Assembly: GCA_964187785.1 (NCBI GenBank)
Contig: OZ076409.1
Location: 57,910,001 to 57,974,000, forward strand
DNA length: 64,000 nucleotides
Direction: 5' to 3'
Source of the DNA: Amphiscolops sp. MND2022
Taxonomy: Eukaryota
This document shows, in pieces, positions 1-12,200 of this stretch; within the stretch, counting starts at the first letter, position 1; each line of letters opens with the position of its first letter. The notes under the pieces were generated by a model. The model was not told the DNA's origin and searched no databases. It saw nothing but the letters and a program-made list of their open reading frames with translations. Made by a program: the position numbers and the translations under genes.

Positions 1-76
1 AATTGATAGCACATTTTCCAGAGCTGATATGTCATGACTACTATTTATTGGAACGAACAAGAGTTGATAAACTGAC

Positions 77-253
77 CAGGTAAAATGGCTCCGGCTCCTG
101 GATGGTAAGGGTTGTGGTGTATTCCATGGGCGCCGCCCGGGAACATTGCACCTGCTCCGGCCCACTGGTGAGGTAGACTGAAATCGTGGTATGACGTAGG
201 AGGAAACGGGACCCCTCCTGTGGCCCCTTGGGGGAATCCAGGTCTGGGCATAC
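77..253 (-). CDS. TCF/LEF: TCF/LEF coding exon 5 (Pro/His/Gly-rich region upstream of the HMG box)
   Basis: Acceptor ttttag at 254-259. T from exon 4 + GT gives ...DLDPKN-C-MPRPG, matching vertebrate TCF7L2 DVDPKT-G-IPRP. Putative donor G|GTCAGT at 76. Confidence 0.8.
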
Positions 254-1714
254 CTAAAATAACACATAAGGCTCGACTCAGGAAAAGTATACCATCAAAA
301 ACACAACAGAAACTTCAGTTTGCCGACTAATGGTTTAGTCACTCAAATGGATAATTTGAAGTACGTATGGCTGTGGATCTGCTCTGAGTTGCGCAACCAC
401 CTCCATTCCCAAAAAATTAAACTGAAACCCGGGTAACTGAATTACACATACGAGAAGTGAAACGCATCATACAAAGTCTGAAACTATTTAGATTTCTTCA
501 TTGGAATACGCTAAAAGGTATTTCAGATACAGAAAAGGTATTTCGAAATACTTTATTATTTTTCATATCGGATCGTATGAAGGTATGATTTTGTGTACGT
601 TTTGAATAGCACAGAGACATAAGATTTTGACTCCAAGTGTTAGCTAGGGAGAGCAAAACTTCTTTCCCTAAAAAATTTCAAAAATTGCATAAAAATATCA
701 ATTTTTGCTATATTTTGCGTCTATCAGAACATTTTGAATTGCGCTCTCCCTTAAAATCAATTTTGAATCCTTTCAAGAATTCACGCGACTATAAATTACT
801 TCATTACCAAGTTTATTCGCGCAGATTGACAAAAATGCCATTCCGTTTTAGTTTCTGAATCTCATTGTTCATATGAAACATCTATGAATCTTCTTTTTTT
901 TCTGTTGGTTTTTTGCTGTTTTTCACACAGACTGCAGTCCTACATCGATCCAGGTAGGAGCTGTTGGATCTTGGAAGAACAAAGTGTTTCAGTGGTCGTT
1001 AGTGCGTGGTTGTTATTGCGTTGGGCGCGTCCGTTTTATTCAGGCGACGACGCTTATTGATTGATATTATTGGCGTTTTCTGAAACTCCTGTTCAATTTT
1101 GTAAGCACTGATTGCAATGTCAAAAGAAAAAAGGATGAACGTCAATCGGGATAATAAAACGATATTTTACCGCGGCTATAAAGACATTCAAGACTATATC
1201 GAGCTGCTCTTGTCTTTGATGCGCACTTCGCTTGAATATTCTTTGAAATGGAGGCTTTGATCTTAGACCGTGTTCAGATTAGATGCACCGTGTCATTAAA
1301 TATGAAACACATTTATGGTTTAACATTTTCTTTAATTTTAGGTCACCTAGTCACCATAACCATCATCTCAAAACTTGGAATCAAAAATCAAATTAATTAA
1401 TTCGAAAATCCAACAAATTTTTTTCAACTATTCACTTTTGACGGCCTAGATCATTTGTCTGTTCAAGTGTCTGGACTTCCATTCAAAAATTACAGATCTG
1501 TACAGATTGCTGCAGAAAAATGTTTTTAATTTATATAACATTTTTAGTCGACGCTTTTCTTAAGAAAAGAGCCCGACTATTACAGTCACTTGTTTTTTTT
1601 ATTATTTAAGACAGACTCGAAGCGACGAACGTTAAAATTAACGTTCAACTACTAAATACAGTACTAAACTACTGGACCGGTAAAGGCAAACGGGGAGCGC
1701 ATTCATTTACTTTT

Positions 1715-2018
1715 TAAACGTTACCTACAAGCCCGGACGGGACTAAAGGGTCCCCCTTTTGATTTTTTTTGGCACTGCGATTTTTTATCGAAAATTTTTT
1801 AATGTCCCCAAAGGGTCCCCCCTTTGAGTTTTTTGTTATTTTGCTACAGAATGCGTGTTTATAAATCAAAAAGGGTCCCCCCTTTTACATTTTTCGGCAC
1901 TGTGCGACATTTTCCGGAAGAATTTTTTTTCGAAAATTTCAAGTTTTTTTCCAAAAAAAATGTTTTGCGCTTTTTGAGCCTTAGATATAGCGCCGACTTG
2001 AGACGTTCCCGTCTTGTT
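1715..2018 (+). repeat. Interspersed non-autonomous repeat (AAAGGGTCCCCC / TTTTCGGCACTG motif family, ends ...GACGTTCCCGTCTTGTT); possibly Helentron/DINE-like
   Basis: The same motifs recur at 27870-28230, reversed at 29107-29330, and as a 3' end at ~31875-31905. The 5' boundary is approximate. Confidence 0.55.
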
Positions 2019-3900
2019 ATTATTCGTTTGACATTGCTGTGGGGTTTCTATTGTGTTTCTAAGTAGGTCATTTTTCTTCGAATTTGCACATATCTGCACA
2101 AAAATCCTGCAGATCTGCACAGATTCCCAAAGATCGAAAACCTGGGAACTACCGGATAAAAAACTTCTCGCAAAAAAAGTGCTTTTTCACAGTCCCCGAG
2201 TCCCGAGTTGGGAAAAGTTTGAGTGACAATTTCGGGAATAGGAAAGAATGATGAATATTTTAATTGTGTATAACTATTGAGTAAAATACTCATCAATTTT
2301 CATCACTTTCATATATTTTAGCTTATGAGAAAAATTGACAAAATCTTGAAAACTTTTAATTTCCCGTCCGTTCTATTATTATTCACTTCATTGTAATTTT
2401 ATAAGCAGGTATTTACTTGAAAACCCATTGAATCTACTGCTGTTGCTGATTGTCGACAAACCAAAAAAAATCTCTCGCTTCAATTTCACGAAAAAAATTG
2501 AAAATTTCAACAACTCACTCAATTTTACTCGTTTAACTTAATTGCTACGTTTTTCGTCATACTCGCTTTGATAACAAGTAAGTAATTAAATCCAGAAAAT
2601 GGAGGAAATCTCCAATTTTTCAAGTCGCTTTTCGCGAGTTGATGCATCATTAACTTCAACTAAATTGCAGAACAGAACTTCCGTCGTTAATTAAAATTGA
2701 GTTCAAAAGAAAAACCAGAAAAGCATTTTCTGCGTTTCTTTCCCAAAGTTCCTCCTATCCACTTTCCATACTTAACATTAAGCTTTTGCTAGAAAAATTG
2801 GGTAAACATTTCCCAAAATGGCGTTGAAACATGGACGATTGAGAAGTCTCTAATGAGATGATTTGGGAATAGCAAATTATCAGACAAAAATAAGCAAATA
2901 TCTTGAATGATGGCTCAAAATTTTGAACGTAGTGTTGCTAGCACTCGAAAAAAAAGCGAGAATTTGGAATCATTGTAAATACAATCATTTTATCAGACGA
3001 ATGATTAATTTCGAATGAGTTTAATCTTTCAAGGTTGAAAGTCGGGCCGCAAGTAATTCGAAATTCAATCGATTCAAATAAAAAATTGGGAATTGATTGG
3101 AAGACAAAATCTATATCAATCCAATAATTTTTGACATTAAATTTTCCTCGTTTCCTCGCTCAAAGCCGCATCTCGAAAGTAACATTATAATTGATTTTCA
3201 GAGAAAAAAGTACCGCATTTTTTGCAGGTTGGCGGACATTTTCCATAATTAAAAACTACTTCTTGAATTTTCTTCAAAATAGTAAACATAATAGTGACTC
3301 CACCAAATAGAACATTCAAAATGCAAGTTTTAGCCGGACTTGGTGAAGTTTGATAAAAGGAAACGAACGGAAAGTCGGCTGTGTAATTCAGCAGGGGTTA
3401 ATTCAGCTCTGTTAGATTCGGGACTTAGAATCTGTGAAATTCCCGTGCCTGCAAGGGTAGCCCAAGAGCATTGGGAACTGTTCACACCGGGGAGTCCCGC
3501 AAATTGGAGAAGTGCTTTGAAATCTTCGAAGATCCAACTGGCTGGCGATTAATATTACAGACTTAAATTAAAAATTAATCCATTTAGACGGTCGGAGATT
3601 GTTGTTTTCTCAAGAGATAAGATTAATGGTCAGATCTTAACCAAACCAAATTTAGAAGAAACAACAAAAACTAATTTTTCTTGTAATACTCATTTGAATC
3701 CAAAATTATGGACAATACTAGTTTTATATACTTTCATCAAAAGATTAGTACAAGCTTTTACAAATTTAAACGGAAATCCTACCAAAATCATGAATTTGCA
3801 AATCAAAATGCTTCATTCATGAAAAACTGTAAGAAAAAACGTTTCTCTTATACTGAAGAACTTTTACTCTCTGCATACAACTGATCTTTTAAGAATTTAA

Positions 3901-4490
3901 CCTTAACTTGGCCAATGTGCCAAATTTGGCACATTTTGTTTCTGCAAATTCTTAACGCACCAGCTGATTGTATGGTAAAGCAAAACCTTTAATAAGAGTT
4001 TCAGACAATATTGCATAGCATTCGGCGCCTTTTCACGGAAAATTGACGTGATGTCTCCAAAACCCAGAAAATGACGCAAAAAAATCAAAAGAAAAATAAG
4101 TGCAGATTTTCCGTTTTCCCAGTTTTCGTTTGTGCCCCTTTTATCCCACTGGTATCAACATTGGGTCAAAGCGTCCCCGGCATGTTTTGAAACATGTTGA
4201 AAAGCAAGCAGAGACACGACGCGTGCAAAGTTTTGGCGCAAAGTTCGGAGCCAGTGTGGCGAAGCCGCACGCCAGCGGAGAACTTCGCGCAAAAAACTTT
4301 GCGCGCAAGGGGCCCGCGCTAGCGGGCCCCAAGCCCAGCAGTTTAAAAATTGATTTGAAAGCCCCAATGCTCCTCTTTCGAACGCTGTATAAATCGTTTG
4401 TCGGACTTGTATAGTTCAGGAGATATCGCGGTTTAAAGTTGAAGCACCTGATTTTTGGATGCAACAAGATTTTTCCTGGCCAACTTAAGG
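3901..4490. mobile_element. piggyBac-type MITE, copy 1 (590 bp)
   Basis: TTAA on both sides (3897-3900, 4491-4494). TIR CCTTAACTTGGCCA / TGGCCAACTTAAGG (13/14 match). No transposase. Confidence 0.85.
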
Positions 4491-4615
4491 TTAACAAAAA
4501 AATACTAAATTTTTCAAATTGCGCTCAGGCTATCTTTTTCAGTTGTTTTAAGTCCTGAAATGAGTTTTTGCATCATTAAGGCCAAGTTTTGAGCTTTTCA
4601 TTTTCGTCGCGTTAA

Positions 4616-5205
4616 CCTTAACTTGGCCAATGTGCCAAATTTGGCACATTTTGTTTCTGCAAATTCTTAACGCACCAGCTGATTGTATGGTAAAGCAAAA
4701 CCTTTAATAAGAGTTTCAGACAATATTGCATAGCATTCGGCGCCTTTTCACGGAAAATTGACGTGATGTCTCCAAAACCCAGAAAATGACGCAAAAAAAT
4801 CAAAAGAAAAATAAGTGCAGATTTTCCGTTTTCCCAGTTTTCGTTTGTGCCCCTTTTATCCCACTGGTATCAACATTGGGTCAAAGCGTCCCCGGCATGT
4901 TTTGAAACATGTTGAAAAGCAAGCAGAGACACGACGCGTGCAAAGTTTTGGCGCAAAGTTCGGAGCCAGTGTGGCGAAGCCGCACGCCAGCGGAGAACTT
5001 CGCGCAAAAAACTTTGCGCGCAAGGGGCCCGCGCTAGCGGGCCCCAAGCCCAGCAGTTTAAAAATTGATTTGAAAGCCCCAATGCTCCTCTTTCGAACGC
5101 TGTATAAATCGTTTGTCGGACTTGTATAGTTCAGGAGATATCGCGGTTTAAAGTTGAAGCACCTGATTTTTGGATGCAACAAGATTTTTCCTGGCCAACT
5201 TAAGG
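4616..5205. mobile_element. piggyBac-type MITE, copy 2 (590 bp)
   Basis: TTAA at 4612-4615 and 5206-5209. Same TIRs; appears identical to copy 1 by eye. Confidence 0.85.
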
Positions 5206-6006
5206 TTAAGTAGCACTGTTAGATTTTCACTTACTCAAGATTCGAAGCTTTGAATTTTTCTTCAAAACTTGAATCCGGTTTCAGTTTTTTCAAAAATTTT
5301 GCCCGATCACTTTATCATTACAAATAAGCATTTCCTTCTTTCCACGGTTTCAGAAAATTTTAATTGTCAAGAACTATCAGAGGTATTGATTTGGATTAAA
5401 AACTTTTGAAATTAACAATTTGCAAAAAAGTGATGAATTATTCAGAGTAGATCGTTTTTTCTCTAAATTTGTGTTGAAAACTTCTAAAGTCCCCTATTAA
5501 AAACCTCTACATGAAACAAACATATATCAAACAGTGCGGTTCCAAGCCATTGATTATTCATCACATTCATGATGAAATTTCTCTGAGACAGCCTTGATAT
5601 TATTTTGCAATAATGGTATTCAAATATTTGCCAAATAAGTGCTTTCCAAACTTCTAAAGAACGGGATTAAATTATAGAAAAACGCCATTCTGGACAAACT
5701 TTGTCTATAGTTTTTTTGGGTTTTGTTTTCCCAAAGCAATGATTAATCGTTTACTCAATTTCTTATTTCACACAGCCTTGTATGTTTTTTGTAAATTGGT
5801 TGAGATTAAATTTGCCTTGAAAGTCAAATGAATTTGTGAATTTTAAATTTTAACTTTAAATTTTTAAACTTTCCTTAAAAGCCATGATGCAAAAATCGCA
5901 TATAAAATCGATTGATTGGTAATTTATACTAATTAAATAATTAGTATTTGGGAAGTAAAATGCAAATTACTAAGCAATTAGCAGGAATAACTGATTGATA
6001 ACTAAC

Positions 6007-6298
6007 AGTTTTTGGGATCCAAATCGGCAGCTGTGGCATAAGCTGGGGCCAGTTCAGTTCCTGCTAGCTGGCTGTACATGGCGGCTGTGAGCGCGACTTG
6101 GGCGACTGCAAAACCAGGGTGTACTGCTTGGGTGGCCGAGGGGGCTCCGGATGGGTTGGTGGATCCCGTGTTGTTAGCTGCTGATCCACTCAGGGGGTTA
6201 GAACCAGGACTGAACTGCGATGGTTGCTGTGTACCCGCTTGAGGAGGTTGAGAAGAGTTGTTTACTGTTGTTTGTTGTGCTTGTTTGGAGTTTGTGTT
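6007..6298 (-). CDS. TCF/LEF: TCF/LEF coding exon 4 (NTNSKQ...AAMYSQL...DLDPKN)
   Basis: Acceptor cgttttag, 97 open codons plus 1 nt, donor GTTAGT. Phases fit exons 3 and 5. Ends in a DxDPK motif typical of TCFs. Confidence 0.8.
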
Positions 6299-9200
6299 CT
6301 AAAACGAAGGATGCTTTGTTTTTTTGTTGTTACTGGGTTGCTGCTGTTGATGATGGTTTTGTTGTTTTTTAATAGCTTTCGATGATGTCTATACTTGGTT
6401 TTTTACGTACCCGGAAAATTATGGTTGGGAATAGTTGAGAGAAAAAAGATTAATGAGAAATTTGAGTGAGGGAATTTAAATTTGAAGAAAGACGTTTTGT
6501 CTGCGAGAAAGAAAGTGGAAAAGTGTTTTTAGAAGCTGATGTGGTAAATGTTGGAAGCTTGTGGTTGTGTTTGTTAGCTTGATTCGTCGTCAGTTGTTTG
6601 TAGAAGAAGAAAAAACAGAAAAAAGTAAAAAGAAAAAAGGCAAAGATTAAAGAGAACTAGCGAAGTGGCGTTCTACAAAGAAAAATGAAGGCAAGTTGAA
6701 ATATCACAGTTGGGACTCGGAATACTTTTCATTCGCTAATGATTTCAATTTGCTACTAACTGAGCTGTAGATCATAAGATGTCATTGTAGACTTTTCTTT
6801 CAAGTTTCAAAAAGTTAAGAAGCAAGATAGAAGCTCAAAGAGCGACACGAATCGCACTTCCTTGCTTAGAACTCTGCACACGACTGATACTCTGAGAAAA
6901 AAACACAACGCTCCGAGCAGCTCCGCCGAGTCCTAGCGCTAAGTACTGCTGCTACAGGACCACACTGACAAAGATTAGCACGACAACGCAGCGACGGCAG
7001 CACGACAATTAAAAAAGTAGTAAAAGCAAGGAAACAACACTAAAAAATACCTACAATTTATACAATTGCTGTGCAATCGCAATTACTTACGAGTAGTTCA
7101 GCTCAACCGGGATTTTCAGATGATGAAGATAATAATAATAATGACTGTGTATACAAAAATATGCCACTGCTCCTCCGAGGCTTGTTATACACTCCAAGTT
7201 AGGTACTTTCAATCACCCTAGCTACCACCACTAGCGTACCCTTTAAAGGCTATTGTGCAGTACCCCTCGCCTCAAGCCTTTTTTCCCAGTCCCCACGGCC
7301 CAAACCGTGCAATCTTGAGCCCGTAACGAGTCTTTGATTTCGAGAAAAAACCAACTACAAATGCCAGTATTGCATTGTGATACCTCAATGTGATGCGCGC
7401 TTTGTTGGCTTTGAGTTGTCGTTCCGCAAATTCCTCAGTTGTTGAGCAGATTCGGGGGCTCAAAGAGACAACAGCGGGAGGATAGCTGCTGTCGTCGGAA
7501 GGGAGTCGGTAATGACGAGGGGAAGATTTCACAAGATAGCAGAGAAGCACTCAAGGCTTCCCAAGACCACTGCTACTCAGTTTCACAAAGCAGTGGTACG
7601 GCTGCTTTTCTTTGGAATTTTGAGACAACGGGAAGGCAACTGTACGTGTGCTTCTAGAACAGCATCGATAGCACTGCAGTGCGAGATGAAATGTATAGAA
7701 TTCGATATGATACGGGTTGCCGGCGACTGGTCCGTGCTCGTTCAATCGTTCGTTCGTGTAATTGATTTCGTACTTCGAAAAGCAATATAATACGCAACTT
7801 TAATGATGTATACTCGTATGGAGCGCGGATCTTCAAAAGATTTCATAAACCTTTGTAATTAGCAGTAAAGCGGTTTTAAGCAAACACTGCGTATTACGCT
7901 TCTAATCTTTCATCTTATTTCCGACAACTTTAAAAAAATCATTCTTCGAATCACGCCAACACAGGATAAGGAATAAAGCATCTCGCGCTTCTGTCCAATC
8001 CCTAGAACAGCTCCTCTTTAAAGAACTTTGAAAAGTTTTTCATCTCGAATTTACCTAAAGTCATTAAAAAACTCGAACCCAGATATAGAGCATTGCAACA
8101 AATACCGAAAAACAGTACCATGTGAAAATTACATAATTACCAAAAAATACACATCTCACTGCAATTTATGTTCCATTTATTCAACCATGCAGACAAAAGG
8201 ACCACATCGATCTCAGAAAAATCCCCGAAATTACGTAATTGGGAATCAACTAACAAAAAATTGCACATTTTCCCAGAACCTCCTGAAATGAAAAATTTCA
8301 TGGACCTTGACCAATGATAATTTTTGGAAACATCAAATAAACACCGTGAAATTCATCTTTTTTTCAAAAAAATCAAATGTGTCTAAAACAACAGTTCAAG
8401 ATGAACCAAAAGTACTCAAAGATAAGTCATTAAAGCCATCGGAGCATGTAGAATTTAGATTTAGATTCGAGTTTCATATCAGACTTTAAGAGAGCTTGTT
8501 CGTCGCACGGCTGATTGAACATGATCAAAAGCGAGTTTAGACAGAATCGCCGCAGAAGTTTCACGATGACTTATAGCCAGAGAATAGTTTAAATTATCAT
8601 CAAAGAAGCATGCAAGTTTTGATTGAGTTCACAATCCCAGAAAAACAAAGCTAAACAAATGAATTTAAGATCTCAAAAAATTTACGAAAAATTTCTACAG
8701 CTTTAGAATATGGTCCAAAATTAGACATACTTTGAGGTTTAGATTAACTTAAACTGAATATTGTAAAAAAAACTTTCAGAATTTTAGTTATTCATTTATT
8801 GATGCTAACTATAATTTTACTCGTTAAAAATCTTCAATCCGTAAAGCTGTTAATGAAGGGTATCTTCCGCTGAAGTTCGTTTCATTTGGGATTCATGTGA
8901 AATTCATCTGTGTATGCAGAAATTAGCATCACTACAAATTAAATTAATGATATTCTCAACCAATTTTCTGGGCATAAAAATCTGAACGACCGGCCAGGAA
9001 AAATTTGAAGTGGCCAGTTGTATGCCAATAGGTTAAATGGACACGGTCAGGTATGTAAAATATTGTATTTAAATATTTTTTTTGAAAATGAATATATTTA
9101 TTTGTTGCTGGCTGACAATAAATATATTAAATATAGTGTCCAGTATTGTGTGAGGGGAAAAATAGATTGTTTGAACAAAAATTTCGTTTGTACACTTCTT

Positions 9201-12200
9201 GGACTGTATTTATAACCATCAATAACTTCCAAACTTCCTGAATCGATTTTTCTACTAACTAAATCCTTTATAACAGTTGGCCGAGAAACTGAATTTGGTT
9301 TCGTGTATTTCGCGTATACGATCATAATAAGACATTTGTGTCGATACTTTGCCAACATTAAAATGAATATCGAAATATATTGGCCCAAAACACGAATTCA
9401 TTGGAACAAAGAATAATTGTATTGTATTGTATTGTACAAAACTAAAAATAAATACATTTTATTCATTTATTGTCAACATATTTAACTACAATTAATTTTT
9501 TACATCCCTGGACACGGTACTAGTGTTTCAATGATACAGTGCATAAGTTGACTTGAACAAAATTGCCTCAAAAACACCAAAATCGAAAGCCACCGTATTC
9601 GTACCATCAGAAAATCTGAACCGAAGGCAAATGAAAAAATACATTCCAAGGAATTTATCAACAAGAAAGAATCTCCTAAACAGGTTATGATTGGTTTTCA
9701 AAATATATTGGACCAACAAAAATAGCCGAATGAAATGCACCCTGAAGCAAAAAGCGAAAATCGAGAATGGACAAAAAGCAAATGGAAAAATATCGAGAAA
9801 TTGACAAAAAAACCTACCAATTTTCTATGGAAAATGAAAAGTGATTTTTTCAAGAGAACTATCGTGTTATTTATATTCATTGCAAAACTTAAATTTTCTT
9901 TAAAATCGAGGTTTTGGTTGCTTGAGGCTTTAATCAATCAATTGGGAAACAAATAAATTTAATTGACGCTATCAGGTTGTATTTATTGTAAAAAAAATGA
10001 TACATAAAAGCAGTACTTTTTCTTTAGTAGTCAGGAAAATTAATGAGCAAAACGCGATCAAATTAACAAGCTTTGGGCTGGCTTCAGTATTTGATTTTTT
10101 TTTCAGAATTTTCAGATCACAATTAGAAAAACTTCCATAAAAACAAAAGGAAATCATTTTTTGCTGAAAAACATGGGTTTGGGTGGTTATGATTCATATA
10201 TCATCAGTGTTGACACTGAAAAATTTGTGGGAAAATGGAAATACAAAAGCACGAAAACTTCAAAATTTAACAAAATGAACAGAAAAACCACAAGAAAGCA
10301 CAAAAATCACCGAATATACATAAATCATTTAAAAATTTTAACAGTTGAATTAAAGTTCGACAAATAAAATTCGAGAACAAAAAAACTTTTGAAACTTTTC
10401 ATTTTCATCAAGAGATTCTATTTTATAGCGGATCAAGAAAATTGGCTTAAAATTAGAAAGAATTTAAGAAACTTCAAGCTTCCTGCCACTCGGAACGAGG
10501 TTTTAGAGCGCCTTTCATGAAAATATGAGATTTGCAGTTTAACCCAGATCAATCACACTTGAATAATTAGCTTTTAAAAGTTGCGCATAGGTCCAATTTC
10601 CTCTAATTTGAAAACTTTAGGAAGTGTCTAATATTATTTTGACATTAAGAGCAAAATTTGTTTTGGCGCTTCAAAGCAGAAAAGGAAAAAAGAGTGAAAT
10701 GTTGCGCTGTTAATGTTTTATGAGTATATCCTTATTAGAAAGAAGGAAATTTTGAAACAGAGCCTGGATTTGCGACAACACACATCCTATAAATTTATCT
10801 TTGTTTTGGATATTTACATTGAAAAAAAAAGGTTTTAGCTGCGAAGGAAACAATGATTACAAAACAAAGAATTAAATACCCGGAAAGGTTAAATCCAAGT
10901 TCAAACGATGATCCTTTTATCCCATTTTCATTGAAATCACTTATTTGTTGTTGTTTATCTCAAAAACAATCCCCGAAAAACACAAAATCTCACAATGGAC
11001 CCAAGGGAATGGACGCACGGCTTTTAATACGTGCTTTTTAGCTCACTTTAAGCACAGGCCGCTTTATGCTAATGTTTGGCACTCTCTTGTCGTTTCTGTC
11101 TCTGGTCTTTCCCCAAAGGGGGGAGAGGGGGTGATTTCAGGTTCGAAGGACCAGAGGGGAGTTGGATGGTGCTGGAATGTAAGGGGGTGAGAAGAAGCTA
11201 GGGGGCGAAGGTGAATCAGGGTGGGGGGGGGGGAGAGATTGTATGAAAGAGACCTAAGAAGACGGAAGAGCCGCGGTTGTTGTATTAGGTAGCTACAGTG
11301 GAGTAGACCAGTGGACGCTCTTATTGTATGGCCGTTGGTAGCATCAAAAATGGAAAATGAGAAAATTTAGCTCAAAGAACAAATTTCTAACAATTGCAGG
11401 CTAAGATAAGCGAGAATTGGTTACCGGCTTTGATGTTTTCTTTCAAGTTGCCGCATGACAAGCGGTTCCTAATAATCCAAAGGAATTCAATGTATTCCCT
11501 TCGCACTTTCTCGTCTCTGGTACAATAACATAAGTAAGGCAAAAACCAACCGGACCACTACTGCTACTGCTGCTGCTACTGTAGCTGTTGCCTCCGCGAA
11601 CGCCTCTCTTCACTTAATTGAGAAAAAAAGCAAGGCAAATTTGCTTTTAAAGGCAATCAACTTACCAATTACTCACTTTAAATTATGGATCAAGTTTTCA
11701 ACTCAAACAACCAAACATCCAATAGTCGCTAGTCGCGCCAGAGTTTGAAGGCAAAACTCAAAAAATAACTTTAGCCAGAATGAAAACAATTTAGCCGTAG
11801 TTTGGGAAAATCATATTTTAATAGTAGAAAGTGCAAAACTATATTAACTTTGTTTTTACATGATTAACCATTAGAAAATTTACAGGTAACTTACCTTTCT
11901 TGGGGGTAGCTAGCAACAATACTAGTTTGAAAAAGATGGGAGAGGTTTCGAAAAAAGTGATTTTTAATTACTTCTCCAAATAGCTTTGAGGGGTCGGAGA
12001 AAGTTTGGATTGAAAAAACTCAAAGAACGGGGGAAGTCAGAGGTCCCGAATAGACGAGTTAATTACGGGATGAAAATGCGAAAAATAAAAATTGAATACT
12101 AATTAGCTTCCGTAAAAAGGTGTTGGACCTGATTTGTGAGGAAAATTAGCAACATAGATCAAAGATTATTGTTCAAATTTCAATTCCTTAAAAAAATTCT

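Noticed and set aside
3330..3545. GC-richer open frame as an extra TCF exon between exons 4 and 5
   Set aside because: No convincing phase-compatible GT donor, and exons 4 and 5 already join to give the conserved motif.
3903..5182. Duplicated 61-118 aa ORFs
   Set aside because: They lie within the non-coding MITE copies and show no protein motifs.
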